Shown one piece after another: positions 26,020 to 38,889 of a stretch of 64,000 bases of DNA. Made by a program: the position numbers and the translations under genes. The stretch comes from Eledone cirrhosa (lineage: Eukaryota). The stretch is taken from positions 37,448,001 through 37,512,000 of the forward strand of contig OZ024744.1 in the NCBI GenBank assembly GCA_964016885.1, in the 5' to 3' direction. Position 1 is the first letter of the stretch. Each line of letters opens with the position of its first letter. The notes beneath the pieces were generated by a model. It saw only the letters and a program-made list of their open reading frames with translations. It ran no database searches and had not been told where the DNA came from.

Positions 26020-26590
26020 TATTAACTTTGCCTTTCATCCTTACGGGGTCGATAAAATAAAGTACCAGTAATGCACTGGGATAATTGCTGGCGTTGTGCC
26101 AAAAGTAGAAACAATTATTATTACTGTGGATTGGCAGTATCTGTAGAGGGTCGGACGCCATGCTTTGACGTATAGAGTTATGGCCCTTGCCATTGTGAGT
26201 TCAAATCCCACCGAGGTTAACTTTGCCTTTCTTCCTTACAGGGTCGATAAAATAAAGTACGGTGCAAATGTAGAATCGGTAGAGCGTCGGACACTACATT
26301 TCGTGACATAGAGTTACGTACCTTTATGTTCTGAGTTCAAATATTCCCGAGGTTAGCTTTGCCTTTCATCCTTACGGGGTCGATAACATTAAGCACCTGT
26401 CAGGAACTGGGGTCGATTTAATCGACTTTCCCGTCCCCAAAATTGTTGGCATTGTGCCTAAATCAAACCATTATGCATCACATTATGGCATCTGAAAAAT
26501 GCTTTATGGCATTTAGTTACGAGGCCCACCTTGCATTTTATCCTTCCGAGGTCGTCGAAATTAGGTACCAGTTAAGTACTTAGTCGATAT
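26020..26590 (+). mobile_element. Cluster of four head-to-tail SINE copies or fragments
   Basis: Core tttgcctttcatccttacggggtcgataa recurs near 26026, 26221, 26357 and (diverged) 26530. Confidence 0.8.
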
Positions 26591-26740
26591 ATTCTAACTA
26601 TTATATACTGCACTGAAAAAAAAACAATGTGACAGTCCAATTTTTAAAACATTAGAAACGAAACAAAAAAAAAGTATTGCACATACTCATTTGTTGAAAT
26701 ACAAAATCTCGTCCCAAGTATATTGACAGAAGACCTATAA

Positions 26741-26931
26741 CCCTTTCGATACCAACCCTCCCAAACTGCCTTAGAAAACTATCCATTAAAAGGTTCTTAT
26801 CTAAATTGCCATCTTCCAATGTAATTTTATGTAAAAATCATTTTTGTTGTGTTTCAAATACCATCTTAATAATTAAAATAATTTTAGTAATTCCTACAGT
26901 GTATTTTAACAGAAACATGGCAATGATAGGG
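26741..26931. mobile_element. piggyBac-like MITE
   Basis: ataa|ccctttcgatacca...tggcaatgataggg|ttaa termini. Confidence 0.55.
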
Positions 26932-27169
26932 TTAAATAATCTTTGTGTAGAAGCTCTGTAGAAGTCTGTTGTATTTATATATATATATATGTGCATGTAG
27001 CTGGGTGTACATATGTGTGCAGCTATTAGTGGGTAAATGCCGATAGATTTGCTGCATCGGAATATTTAGTGATATTTATCCCATTTGAGTTATATACCTT
27101 ATGTTAAGATAAATGTATGTATGTATGGTCATGTATCTCCTGATAGAGTTGTAGGGGCGCTGTATGTCA

Positions 27170-27425
27170 ATACGGCGATTCTTGGGCATGTTAAGCCTGA
27201 AGGAGCCCATCTTTCTCCAGGCCTGAGTACAGCAGATTTCTTTCAGAGAAAGAAAGTGGGGGAGAGGAAAGGAGAAAGGGATATAAAGGAAGAATCTACC
27301 CCAGTATTACTCTGGTACCTTTTTCTCGACAGGCAAATTTGTCCTCGGTAGGATTTAAACTCAGAGAGTAGAGAGCCGGACCGAATACGATTCTATCCGA
27401 CGTTCTAACGACTCTGCCAATTCGC
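27170..27425 (-). mobile_element. tRNA-derived SINE, long-tail variant
   Basis: Reverse-complement similarity to 5531-5770. Confidence 0.65.
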
Positions 27426-27848
27426 TGCCTATAGATAAATGTAAATGCTCTATAAATAGCTATCGGTAAAACAAATATTATAAGGCTGTGTTTGACGTAA
27501 CCGACTATTAGAGGAGCTATTCCTGCATGGCTGAAATCTAATAATTGAAGCCAGTAAAAGAATAATATAAGTGGATGGGCTCTGCCAGGTTTGAAAATAC
27601 TCAAGACATGCTGTGTGTCACAGCAGCACCACTATGATTCTATCAGGACTTTCGAGCCCATACATCCATAAGTTCTGAATGTTTGCTTCTTTTGAAATGA
27701 TATATTTATTATATACTCAAAGTCTATCCGTTTATTTCCTTCAGATTAACATATCAAATTTTAAACATTTTATGGATTACTCATTATTAAAGTAATTGAG
27801 AATTTGAGAATTTGTGGGAAACCAATGTATTATTAATGCAGTAGTAAG

Positions 27849-28045
27849 GGTGGTGGATTGGCAGTATCGGTAGAGCGTCGGGCAACATGCATCGTGGCAT
27901 ATAGGTACGGTCCTTTACATTCTGAATTTAAATCCCGCTGAGGTTATTCCGGGGTCGATGAAATAAAGCACCAGTAATGCATTGGTGTCGATTTAATCGA
28001 TTTCCCCCCAAAAGAAATTGCTGGGCTTGTGCCTATAGTAGAAAT
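27849..28045 (+). mobile_element. tRNA-derived SINE
   Basis: gggtggtggattggcagtatcggtagagcg head, core and tail. Confidence 0.8.
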
Positions 28046-28194
28046 CATTATTAATGCGGTAGTGTATCACCCCCCCCCTCCCAACACACCTTTTTATACA
28101 AGAATTAAAAGTACTTTCATTTTCAAAATTCATGTCAGTAACAACAAAATAATTCAAAACTCTCCACAAATATTTCGCGTCTTGTTGTAGCCTT

Positions 28195-28390
28195 ATAAAC
28201 TGTTAACTCACCGCGTCCGACGTGGAGATCTTCCACCCGCTTTGGGGTGGATGAAAGATGTCTTCTCTTGTGAAAATGGGTATAGCTTTCCTTATGTAAA
28301 ATCTCCCTATTTTGCCTCATTTCTCCCCGTTTTGGGGCACTTTTTTTCATGGCATTCCTCGTTGGGTTCCTTAAAGGTTGGCAGGACTGC
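28195..28390 (+). mobile_element. 170-190 bp MITE family, copy 1 (TIR cagacctg-like)
   Basis: Similar to 29929-30109 and to the reverse complement of 31102-31274. Confidence 0.65.
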
Positions 28391-29251
28391 TTATAAACTG
28401 TTAACTTCCCAGGAATCAGAGGCACCATTTTTTTTTTTTTTTTTAACTGGAGTGTTATATTCATATGTCAAATACAATTGTCGCCATTTTGAATGTAATT
28501 CAACTAACGGTAAAGTAGTATTCTTAAAAACAATTGTTAATAAACTAGTCTGGTTATTATTGATGTTAAATTAACCGGACAGACAATTATCTTCTAACAG
28601 ATAAAGTCTATACATTGGTATATCTTTTCTGACAAATATGTTTATTGCCTTATATGAATGTGAATAAAGTTGACTTTAATCCTTGAAAGCATTATACATT
28701 TGACAGATACACAGCAATGTCTAAAGATATAATGCAATATTTGTAGACATAAATTGATAATTTTGATTTATGCTTTAGAAAGAGAGATGGTAGCTGAGTA
28801 GTTGTTGTATCGGATTGCCAACTGGGCAGCAAACACCTTATGTTGTGTTTAAACATCCACTAAGCAGTAAATAGGTAACATAGATTAAAGGTAATTTGAG
28901 GATTAAAGAAGATGCGTCAACATTGTACAATTGAAAATCTTCTCGTTAAATTGTAGTGATGTGTTGAAACGTTCCCGTAGATTAAGTTTTGAAGATGTGT
29001 GTGTTGGGGGGGGGGGGGGTCTGTCAAACCGAATACCCAACGTTATCGTGTCATATTGTTTGCATAATAATATTCTTTTTTTTTTTTTCATATATAACAA
29101 ATTACATTATACCCAATATTTTAAGGGCTGAGCTGTATTTCTGAATACAAAGATCTATATGAAATTTAAAATATATATCTAATATATTAAAGAACTAACA
29201 TTAGATTGTGGGTATTGTAAACAATCTATCACACTGTGGAAAAGGAATGGT

Positions 29252-29332
<81 letters not shown>

Positions 29333-29500
29333 AGTAATAAAGAGAATGATTGAGAGATAGATAGACAGAGAGAGAGAGTGGTAGTGGTGGTGGTGGTGGT
29401 TGTGGTAGTGTTGGCAGCAACAAACTCTGAAATATTTAATTTCATAATTTCACGCCTTTATTGAATTTGGAGACTTTCAGTAAATTTGTTAATATATATA

Positions 29501-29670
29501 CATGTAAAATTCCGTTATAACGAATACCATTATAACGATTTTTCAGTATAACGAATTTGTTTCAATCCCCGGCCACACGCTCGATGTGTTAGGTCAATCT
29601 CGTTATAAAGAATTTTTCGTTACAACGAATTTTTATACCCCGTGAATTTCGTTATAACGGAATTTCACTG
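29501..29670. mobile_element. pogo/Tigger-type MITE
   Basis: TA-flanked; TIR aaattccgttataacgaa/ttcgttataacggaattt; internal gttataacga repeats. Confidence 0.8.
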
Positions 29671-29763
29671 TATATGTGTACATGTGTGTGTGTGTTTGTG
29701 TGCATATGTCTGTTTGTGTGTGTTTATGTGTATGTGTGTTTGTGTGTGTGTGTGTGTCTGTTC

Positions 29764-29797
<34 letters not shown>

Positions 29798-29928
29798 GTG
29801 ACATAAATAAAGCACTTAAAATAACATATTAATCTTTAATACTTGGTGGTTGTTTTAAATTTAATAGTAGAACTTCCACGGGGTCAGTTAGAACTTATTC
29901 TTATTAAATTTAGTGTTGAAAACTTTCT

Positions 29929-30109
29929 AGACCAGTCAACTCTCCCCACCCGACGGGGAGATCCCCCACCCACTTTGGGGTGAATGAGAATGTTTTCTTT
30001 GGTAAAAATAGGTATAACTTTCATTATGTAAAATCTCCCCATTTTTCCTCATTTCTCTCCGTTTTGGGGCACATCTCCCCGTTTGAGTTTTTAGAGGGTG
30101 GCAGGTCTG
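29929..30109 (+). mobile_element. MITE family, copy 2
   Basis: agaccagtcaactctcccc...gggtggcaggtctg. Confidence 0.7.
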
Positions 30110-30778
30110 AACTTAATAAAGTCGATCGGATTTCATGTTTTACAGAGTGCAAACTTGGACTAGACTCAAATAGTAAGACTTTATCTATTATCTTACTGTT
30201 TACTTATTATAGCCCACCAATAATATTATTAGTAGTAGTTCATTGATTTAGTAGTACAATATCATACGTTTAATTAGAAGAAAATATAGTCGACTGAATT
30301 CAGTCAAGCATAAGATAAGTATTTATTTTATACGCTCGGTGATGCAAAAGACATTCAGACCCAGCAGGAATTGAAATTAGATTGAATTAGAACATGGAAA
30401 GTATTTATTTAATCTAATACTCAAACGATTATACTATTTCGTCGCCCTTGATGTTTCATTAGTATTGTGCAATGCCAATGTGTCACATTAAAAAAAAATT
30501 ACATTATATTCTGTCATTTAAATTCTGGTCAATTTTAATGAAGCAGACATTTTTTTTTCTTGTTTGCATTGTTGTGAATGTTTTGATCATATATCTGTTT
30601 GATCAGTTCTCATCAAACAGATATCTGATCAAAGGCATTCAGACTATGGAAATGCTGTCTTTTGTTTTTAACGACACGTTGTATCTAGATGATTACATTA
30701 TTCAGTATGACCTCCATATATCTTAACAATTGAAATTAGGTTATGGTTCGCATCAAAGTTGGCTTCTATTTTCAAGAT

Positions 30779-30938
30779 CAGTGGTTCCCAAAGTCGGTTC
30801 TGCAAACGAGTATCTGGGGTTCCGTGAAAAAAGGTAGAGGAATATTACGACTATATAACAGTATTACATTTTGGGGTTCCCAAAAAATGTTTCTGAACCA
30901 AAAACAGTTTCGCGTTTGTAAAGGTTTTGGAAATCCTG
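30779..30938. mobile_element. hAT (Charlie-like) MITE
   Basis: cagtggttcccaaa/tttggaaatcctg ends; imperfect 8-bp TSD ttcaagat/ttctagac. Confidence 0.7.
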
Positions 30939-31101
30939 TTCTAGACGATCGAGTGACTACGCAAATGGTCCTTCCTTGTTGACGGGAGACAAATTAATGA
31001 TTTATTTATTTATTTATTTATCTAATCCTAGTTTCCTAGGAAATCAAAGGGTATTTTTGAACCCATATACAATAATAGCATCAACATACGAGGCACTGCT
31101 A

Positions 31102-31274
31102 CAGACCTGCCAACCTCTAAAAACCCAAACGGGTAGTACCATAAAAAAAGTGCCCCAAAACGGGGAGAAATTATAATGAAAACTATACCTATTTTCACAA
31201 GAGAAGACATCTCTCACTCACCTGAAAGTGGGTGAGAGATCTCCCCCATCGGACGGGAAGAGTTCACAGGTCTG
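31102..31274 (-). mobile_element. MITE family, copy 3
   Basis: TIR cagacctg/caggtctg. Confidence 0.7.
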
Positions 31275-31703
31275 CTGCAGGATTAACAAATATTGCAAGA
31301 CATAATAACCATTATAGTGTTCAATGAGTTTCTTAAGGTATTAAATAATTGCAATACATTTTAATTAATATTTCATTTTGAAAGGATTATTATTCAAAAC
31401 GTAGTAGCAGACCTTTGTATAAATAAATTTAGATTAATATATTTTCTAAGAGTTTTCACAATTCCCAACATCAATACATATTCGGTGAATGCTTAGAAGA
31501 CATATTGATCAAATCTATGTAGTTAGGGATATTTAGAATCGTGTCTTTGTCTTTATCGATCCGTTCAATTAAATGATTTAATTATAATCTGATTAACAAT
31601 TTATAATAATGTTATACAAAATGATGCTTTCTAACTTATTAGCAAATCATGTTTCCATTAAATCCTGTTTGTGGTTATATTCCTTCCTGATATAACTAGA
31701 TAA

Positions 31704-32035
31704 AGGCGCATTACTTAGTCATTAGAGCGTTGGGCTTGCAATCGTGAGGTTGTTAGTTCGATTCTAGGACCGGATAATATATTATATCCTTGAGCAAGAC
31801 ACTTTATTTCACATTGCTCCAGTTTACTCAGCTGTAAAAATGAAATGTAACCCCACTGGTGCCAAGCTATATCAGCCTTTGTCTTTCCATTGGACAATAT
31901 ATGGAGTGGGGAGACTGGTATGTATGGGCGACTGCTGGTCTTCCACAAACAACTTTGCCCGGGCTTGTGCCTGGGAGGAGAACTTTCTAGGTGCAAATGC
32001 GATGCTCATTCGTGACGGACGGGGGTCTTTACCGT
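31704..32035 (+). mobile_element. tRNA-derived SINE with CORE-like domain
   Basis: tRNA-like head with gttcgattc B box; tccttgagcaagacactt...actcagctgtaaaaatg is CORE-like. Confidence 0.7.
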
Positions 32036-32076
32036 AACTTTATTTGCAATGAAATTAAATGTTCTTGTCATAATAA

Positions 32077-32250
32077 TTGTTTCTACTATTGGCACAAGGC
32101 CAGCAATAACCCAGTGTATTACTGGTACTTTATTTTATCGACCCCCGTAAGGATGAAAGGCAAAGTTAACTTTGAACTCAGAATGGCAAGGGCCGTAACT
32201 CTATGCGTCAAAGCATGGCGTCAGACCCTCTACCGATACTGCCAATTCCC
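32077..32250 (-). mobile_element. tRNA-derived SINE
   Basis: Reverse-complement core tatcgacccccgtaaggatgaaaggcaaag. Confidence 0.8.
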
Positions 32251-32324
32251 CAATCATTCAGAATTACTACAACTGTGTTAATAAATAATTACTTGATTAA
32301 ATTTTGAATTACTATTTACGAGTG

Positions 32325-32625
32325 TGGATCTTTGCGCTCAGGTCAATTACTCACGTCATCATTTCGAGATCGATAAAAAATGTACCAGTCCAGTACTAAG
32401 GTCGATTCTTCCTCTATATCTCTATCACACTCTCTTTCTATCTTTCTCTGGAAGAAACCGGCTGTGTTCAGACTGGAAGTGGAGATGGGCTCTATCAGTT
32501 TTGTCTGTACTACAGTGAAAAAGATCTTAGTGCCTTGTTGTATATGGGTTATGTTAGGTTAACATACATAGTATGTAACATACATGTGCTGTTCCTTGTT
32601 GAGCTATATTCTTTATATTGTGCAA
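32325..32625 (+). mobile_element. 5'-truncated SINE, long-tail variant
   Basis: Near-identical to 5630-5960. Confidence 0.75.
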
Positions 32626-32823
32626 AAACAATTATTCCGAAATAACAGTCATATCTCCTTCACAATATATCTTATATAGCTAAAACATTAAGGTAGAATA
32701 CATCTGTAAATATCTGATGTGATGAACATAGATGAATTGATTTTCATCAAAGATTTTCTCGTTCAGGGATAACTTAGAGCTAAATAACAACAATAACAAA
32801 TAAATAAAAATGTCAATGATCTA

Positions 32824-33167
32824 ATACAAGGGTCGGCTCAAAAGTTCATAGGCTGAGTATGAAAGAATGATATTAGGGCTGAGAAATCTTGCATTAATTT
32901 CAACTCATGTTATTAATAACGGCATTGTTTCTTTCCAGTGACAATGTTAAAAAATAAACTTCATCTGATAGTGCCATGAGAGTATCTTGCTCATAGGCTG
33001 ACTATGGAGGAGTGATGCTAGAGCTGTAAAACGTTGCATGCATTAATTTCAACTCTTATTTATAAGTGTATTGTTTCTTCCAGTGACTATGTTGAAAATT
33101 AAAATCTCATTTGGTCATTCCATGAGAGTATTTCAGTCACCTTCAGAACTTTTCAGCTGATCCTCGC
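32824..33167. mobile_element. Mariner-type MITE with internal duplication
   Basis: tacaagggtcggctcaaaagttc...gaacttttcagctgatcctcg; tcataggctga unit occurs twice. Confidence 0.7.
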
Positions 33168-33329
33168 TTTAGACTTTCGACAGACAGTTAAAATATTTAT
33201 ATGTGTATATTCTAGCGCTGGAATATCAATTATAACATGGTCAAATTTACAAATTTAATTTACTGTAATTTACTTTTGGAAAGTTCATAAGAGTCAATAA
33301 ATAATATCTTTGACAGCCAGTACGTGGTT

Positions 33330-33650
33330 GGAGGAGGCGGAGGAGGAGAAGGGGGAGTTGGAGGAGGAGGAGAAGAAGAAGAAGAAGAAGAAGAAGAAGA
33401 AGAAGAAGAAGAAGAAGAAGAAGAAGAAGAAGAAGAAGAAGAAGAAGAAGAAGAAGGGGGAGAAGAAGAAGAAGAAGAAGAGGGAGGAGGAGAAGAAGAA
33501 GAAGGAGAAGAAGAAGTAGTAGTAGTAGTAGTAGTAGAAGAAGAAGAAGAAGAAGAATAACAACAACAACAACAACGCCAGCAAAACAATAGCAACAACA
33601 ACAACAACAACAATAATAACAACAACAACAATAACTACAACAACAAATAC
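33330..33650. repeat. Compound trinucleotide array (GAG/AAG/TAG/AAC)
   Basis: Directly visible. Confidence 0.95.
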
Positions 33651-33959
33651 AAGACATCGAATACAATATGTTATTGGAAACATGACAACAGTGAATTAAT
33701 TCAGCTATGACATAATTAAACTCATTCTGAACACAACTAATTAGACTACACCAAAATATTACAATTTAGCAGCGCTGAGATAATTATTAATTTCATTTCG
33801 GGATTATATATACATATATATATATATGTGTGTGTGTGTGCGTGTGAGAGTGAGAGAGATAGAGTCTGTGTGTATGAGTGTGTGCGTGTGTGAGAGAGTG
33901 TGTGTCTGTGTGTGTCTGTGTGTGTCTGTGTGTGTCTGTGTGTGTGTATATATATATAA

Positions 33960-34149
33960 AACAAAGTTGTGGTAAGAAACCAGGTGGACCATAACGCACC
34001 AAAGTACTCGATAGTTGGGGTAGTAGAGTGGGTAATGGGAAAAGAGTCAGGACACCGACGGCTGAGCTCCGGCCGTTTCGAAAGCTAGATCCAATTTGGA
34101 TTAGCTGTCGAAACGGCCGGAGCTCAGCCGTCGGGGTCCTGATTCTTTT

Positions 34150-34153
<4 letters not shown>
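33960..34153. mobile_element. Penelope-type pLTR fragment forming a palindrome, with the 3' half of a hammerhead
   Basis: Arms 34038-34093 and 34096-34151; GAAA-cggccggagctcagccg-TC-gggg; related to 48922-49056, 55398-55597 and 60186-60325. Confidence 0.6.
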
Positions 34154-34235
<82 letters not shown>

Positions 34236-34250
34236 GTAATAATAATAAAC

Positions 34251-35085
34251 GTGAAGACTAAAATCCGAAGAGGGCTCGATAAGGATATATCATATATATA
34301 AAAACCATAGAGAAAATATTCATTAAAATCGATTAAAGATTAAGGAAAGAATCGCTGTTTTCCCCGTTAATGGGATCTTCTGAAACTAAAAATAATCAAC
34401 CTGTGGACACAGATGTCCATTGTCTTTTGTTTCCGTTATACGATCTAGCTTTCATTAGGATCTCCCAGTGTAACCTATATTAGGTGTGGTTGTATTTTAC
34501 ACTCCAGATATAAGCTGAAATGAACGTCATGTTCCTTCTTAAAGGGTTAAGAAAAGAATGGGTTTGCATGTAAAGACGCTGCTTGAATCTATTGGCGGTT
34601 AACCCTATGTAGGCCCTACTAGACGTGAGTGTGTCAACCTTACATTTGTAGACAATATTACTGGAGAGGCATTTCCTGGATAGAGGGCAGTCTTCCCTAT
34701 TCCTACAATTACAGTTAGTACTAGCTACAGGGTTGCACGTGTTCCTACAGCTAGGTAATTTAGCTAAATTTGAAGCAGTGATGTTATGTGAAAGGTTAGG
34801 AGTCGTAGAGTAAGATATGGTATTTCTATTAAAAATGTTATTATATTTATGTGCTGAGGGGAAATGCTTCTTAATTAGTGAGAGAAAGATTTTAGTTAAT
34901 GGTGTGGCCACCTCCCAGGGAACGACTTCACGAACCAAAGTATCGTCTTCCTGTGTTCCTTCGGTTGTAACGTTTTTCGAAATATTTACTTCTGCGTTCA
35001 CAGGTTAATATATTTTAGTTTCAGAAGATCCCGTTAAGGGTGAAAGCAACGATTCTTTGCTTAAACTTTAATCTGTTATTTAATA
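34251..35085 (-). mobile_element. Penelope-like family P1: GIY-YIG fragment with 3' pLTR and 5' inverted pLTR
   Basis: CNCRNREDCPLSRKCLSSNIVYKC...AYIGLTANRFKQRL; same terminal repeat at 34251-34415 (-) and 34930-35085 (+). Confidence 0.85.
35017..35067 (+). ncRNA. Type-I hammerhead motif with CAGAAGA core
   Basis: agttt-CAGAAGA-tccc gttaa gggt-GAA-agcaa cgattct ttgct-T-aaact: 5-bp stems I and III, CUU cleavage triplet. Confidence 0.6.
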
Positions 35086-35086
35086 A

Positions 35087-35123
<37 letters not shown>

Positions 35124-35324
35124 TGTGTGTGTGTGTGTGTGTGTGTATATGTATATATATGTATAGTAGTAGTAGCAGTATCAGCAGCAACAGTAGCATT
35201 AATACTAGTAGTAGTAGTAGTAGTAAAGTAGTAGTAGTAGTAGTAGTAGCAGTAGTAGTAGTAGTAGTAGCAGTAGGTGGAGGCGGATGAGGAGGGGAAG
35301 GAGGAGGATGATAATTCTATATAA

Positions 35325-35510
35325 TTGTTTCTACTTTAGGCACAAGGCCAGCAATTAACCAGTGCATTACTGGTACTTTATTTTATCGACCCCGTAAGGA
35401 TGAAAGGCAAAGTCAACCTCGGCGGGATTTGAACTCAGATCGTAAAGGGACGTAACTATGCTGGAAAGCATGGCGCCCGACCCTCTACCGATACTGCCAA
35501 TCCACCGCCC
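35325..35510 (-). mobile_element. tRNA-derived SINE, near consensus
   Basis: Minus strand: gggcggtggattggcagtatcggtagag, then gagttcaaatcccgccgagg, core and tail. Confidence 0.88.
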
Positions 35511-36360
35511 TTGATAATTATATATAATGTCATGGAGTTGCATAAAAGCTATCGATTAGTCTAGACATCGATAAATGTTTTTTGTCTACTGAAACGTTCG
35601 TAAAACAATGAAATAATCACTACACTTTGTCTTAATGTTCAACATTTTATATATTTGCTTGCCCTGAAACATACACGGTTATATATACATATATATATAT
35701 ATATATATAGACGATACTTTGGTGGTGGTGGAAGTAGTAGAAATCATTACTTTCAAATAATTGTGGTGAAAAATATCACATTCTAATTGTTTAAAACGTT
35801 AATAAGATGAAAGCTATTATAGGTGATTAATTTGTCACCTTAATTAATTTAATTTACAACAATGCCGTCGTTTTGTTGATGTTGATGGTGTTGATGTTGT
35901 TGATGGTGATATTGATGTTGTTTTGTTGCAGAGAGAGAAAGAGAGAGGGAGAGAGAGAGAGAAAGACAAAGAGAGAGAGGTGGATATATATAGAGAGAGA
36001 GACATAGAGAGAGATATAGAGTGAAAGAGAGAGAAAAAGAGAGAGAGAGAGGGAGAGAGAGAGAGAGAGGGGGGGGAGGGGAGAGAGAGAGAGAGAGAGG
36101 GGGGAGGGGAGAGAGAGAGAGACAGAGAGAGAGACAGAGAGTATGTCAGAGTGTGATATATGTGTGTTTCAATAAGAATAATCAATTTAAGCAGACTGAA
36201 AGATACAGCGAAACACTGACTTGAGTTTGGTTTCATCGCTGAAGACCTTCTGCTGTTCAACTCTCCTGAGAGTTTCTTACCACACAGACGTAAACTTACA
36301 CACACATATATAGACACATACGCACATACACACAAATACGCACACACCTATATACACAGA

Positions 36361-36815
36361 TACGAGGGTGGGCTGAAAGGCTGAATCTGCTATAAATAAC
36401 AGCTAAAGCTTCCCCTTAAATAACATAACGACCCCACCGCCCACCCATACACATTTAATGAAATTTACGTATGTATATTATGCGGATCAGCTGTAAACTT
36501 CATGGGCCGACTATGAAAGGGCAATGCTAGGGCTGTGAAATCTTGCATGCATTAATTTCAGGTCTTCTTAGCAAGGCCAGCAATTACATCAGTGTATTAC
36601 TGGTACTTTATTCTATCGCCCCATAAGGATGAAGGGTAAAGTCAACATCAGCAGGATTTGAACTCAGAACGTAAAGGGCCGTAATTCTATGCTGCATAGC
36701 ATGGCGTCCGACCCTCTACTGATACTGCCAAATAATTACCAGTTGATGCTGGCTCCACCCCAACCCCACCCCCACATCACCCCCACACAGGGTCAGCTGA
36801 AAAATTCATAGGCAG
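36361..36815. mobile_element. Mariner-type MITE fragments interrupted by a minus-strand SINE (36570-36731)
   Basis: tacgagggtgggctgaaa end; SINE core on the minus strand; cagggtcagctgaaaaattcatagg. Confidence 0.6.
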
Positions 36816-37244
36816 AACCTCTTATAACAATTTTTGCATTTGTAATAACTATTTTCTGTGTTTGTTTCTTTCTTTCTTTCTTTCTTTTTTTTGATACCAG
36901 TCGAACGCAATTAAATAGTTTATCATTTCTCTCATTGAATCGTATTTACGACCCATTTTTAGTTAGGTGTCAATTCTTTCTTTTGAAGTGAAGAATCGAT
37001 CATTCTTTATTGCATCCTTTTGTATAGATTGAATCCACCGGATCTCTTTGCAGCTAGATTTTTCTGCTGCGAGTGTTTCAATATTTCTAAGGATGAATCC
37101 AGTCTTTCTTTACTGTTCGCATTTGTAAGTTGAAATCCGGCTTCGTATTATCGTTTCTGTTTGAAGAAGATAAATATATTGAAGCTTTATATGCTATATA
37201 ATGAATAAAATAGAAAAAACAGAATACCGAAAAACCTCCGTAGA

Positions 37245-37640
<396 letters not shown>

Positions 37641-38142
37641 CAGCTTTGATATCAGCCAATAAAAGCAGTCTTAACATGCGGAACTGTTCCATTCTCAGAT
37701 TCTCTCACTCTCAGTTACTATAGTATAATATTGGACAGGATTTGGTTAGCTTAAAGTGAAGTGAGGTTTAATGCCTTAAATATTCTATTTACTACGAAAT
37801 AAATATTGATCTTCCTCTGTCTTTTGTCTGTTATTCTTTGTCGTTTATGGCGGATAAAAGAGTTTTTCCGCTGTTACGATAAACTTGGCATAACAAGAAG
37901 TTATGCGTCAAACTTCGAATTTGAGCTTTCAAACTGTGTGATTAAAGGTAATAGCATGTATATCTTTAACCCCCCCTATCTCTCTCTCACACACACACAT
38001 ACACACAAACACACATAGATACTCGCGTATAAATACGTTTGTATAGACACAAACCACCCCATATATATATAAATATGTACATATATATATACACACACAT
38101 ATATATATACATACACACACACACACTCACAGACATATATAT

Positions 38143-38188
<46 letters not shown>

Positions 38189-38336
38189 TTTTTCGTTCTT
38201 TCTCTCTTGCTTTCTTTCATTCTTTCTTTCTTTTTTCGTTCTCTTTCTTTCTTTCTTTCTTTATACACAACAAAAACTTTAACGTAGTATCATTTTTAGT
38301 TACATTTTCTGTTCATGTTGTGTGATTGAAAGTTTG

Positions 38337-38875
<539 letters not shown>

Positions 38876-38889
38876 TACTAACTCTTTTA

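Noticed and set aside
31704-31775. tRNA gene
   Set aside because: Degenerate tRNA-like head continuous with a SINE body; no complete cloverleaf. The same holds for the other SINE heads.
33247-33683. Poly-L/K/E/S/F ORFs, also at 37087-37692
   Set aside because: Trinucleotide microsatellite artefacts.
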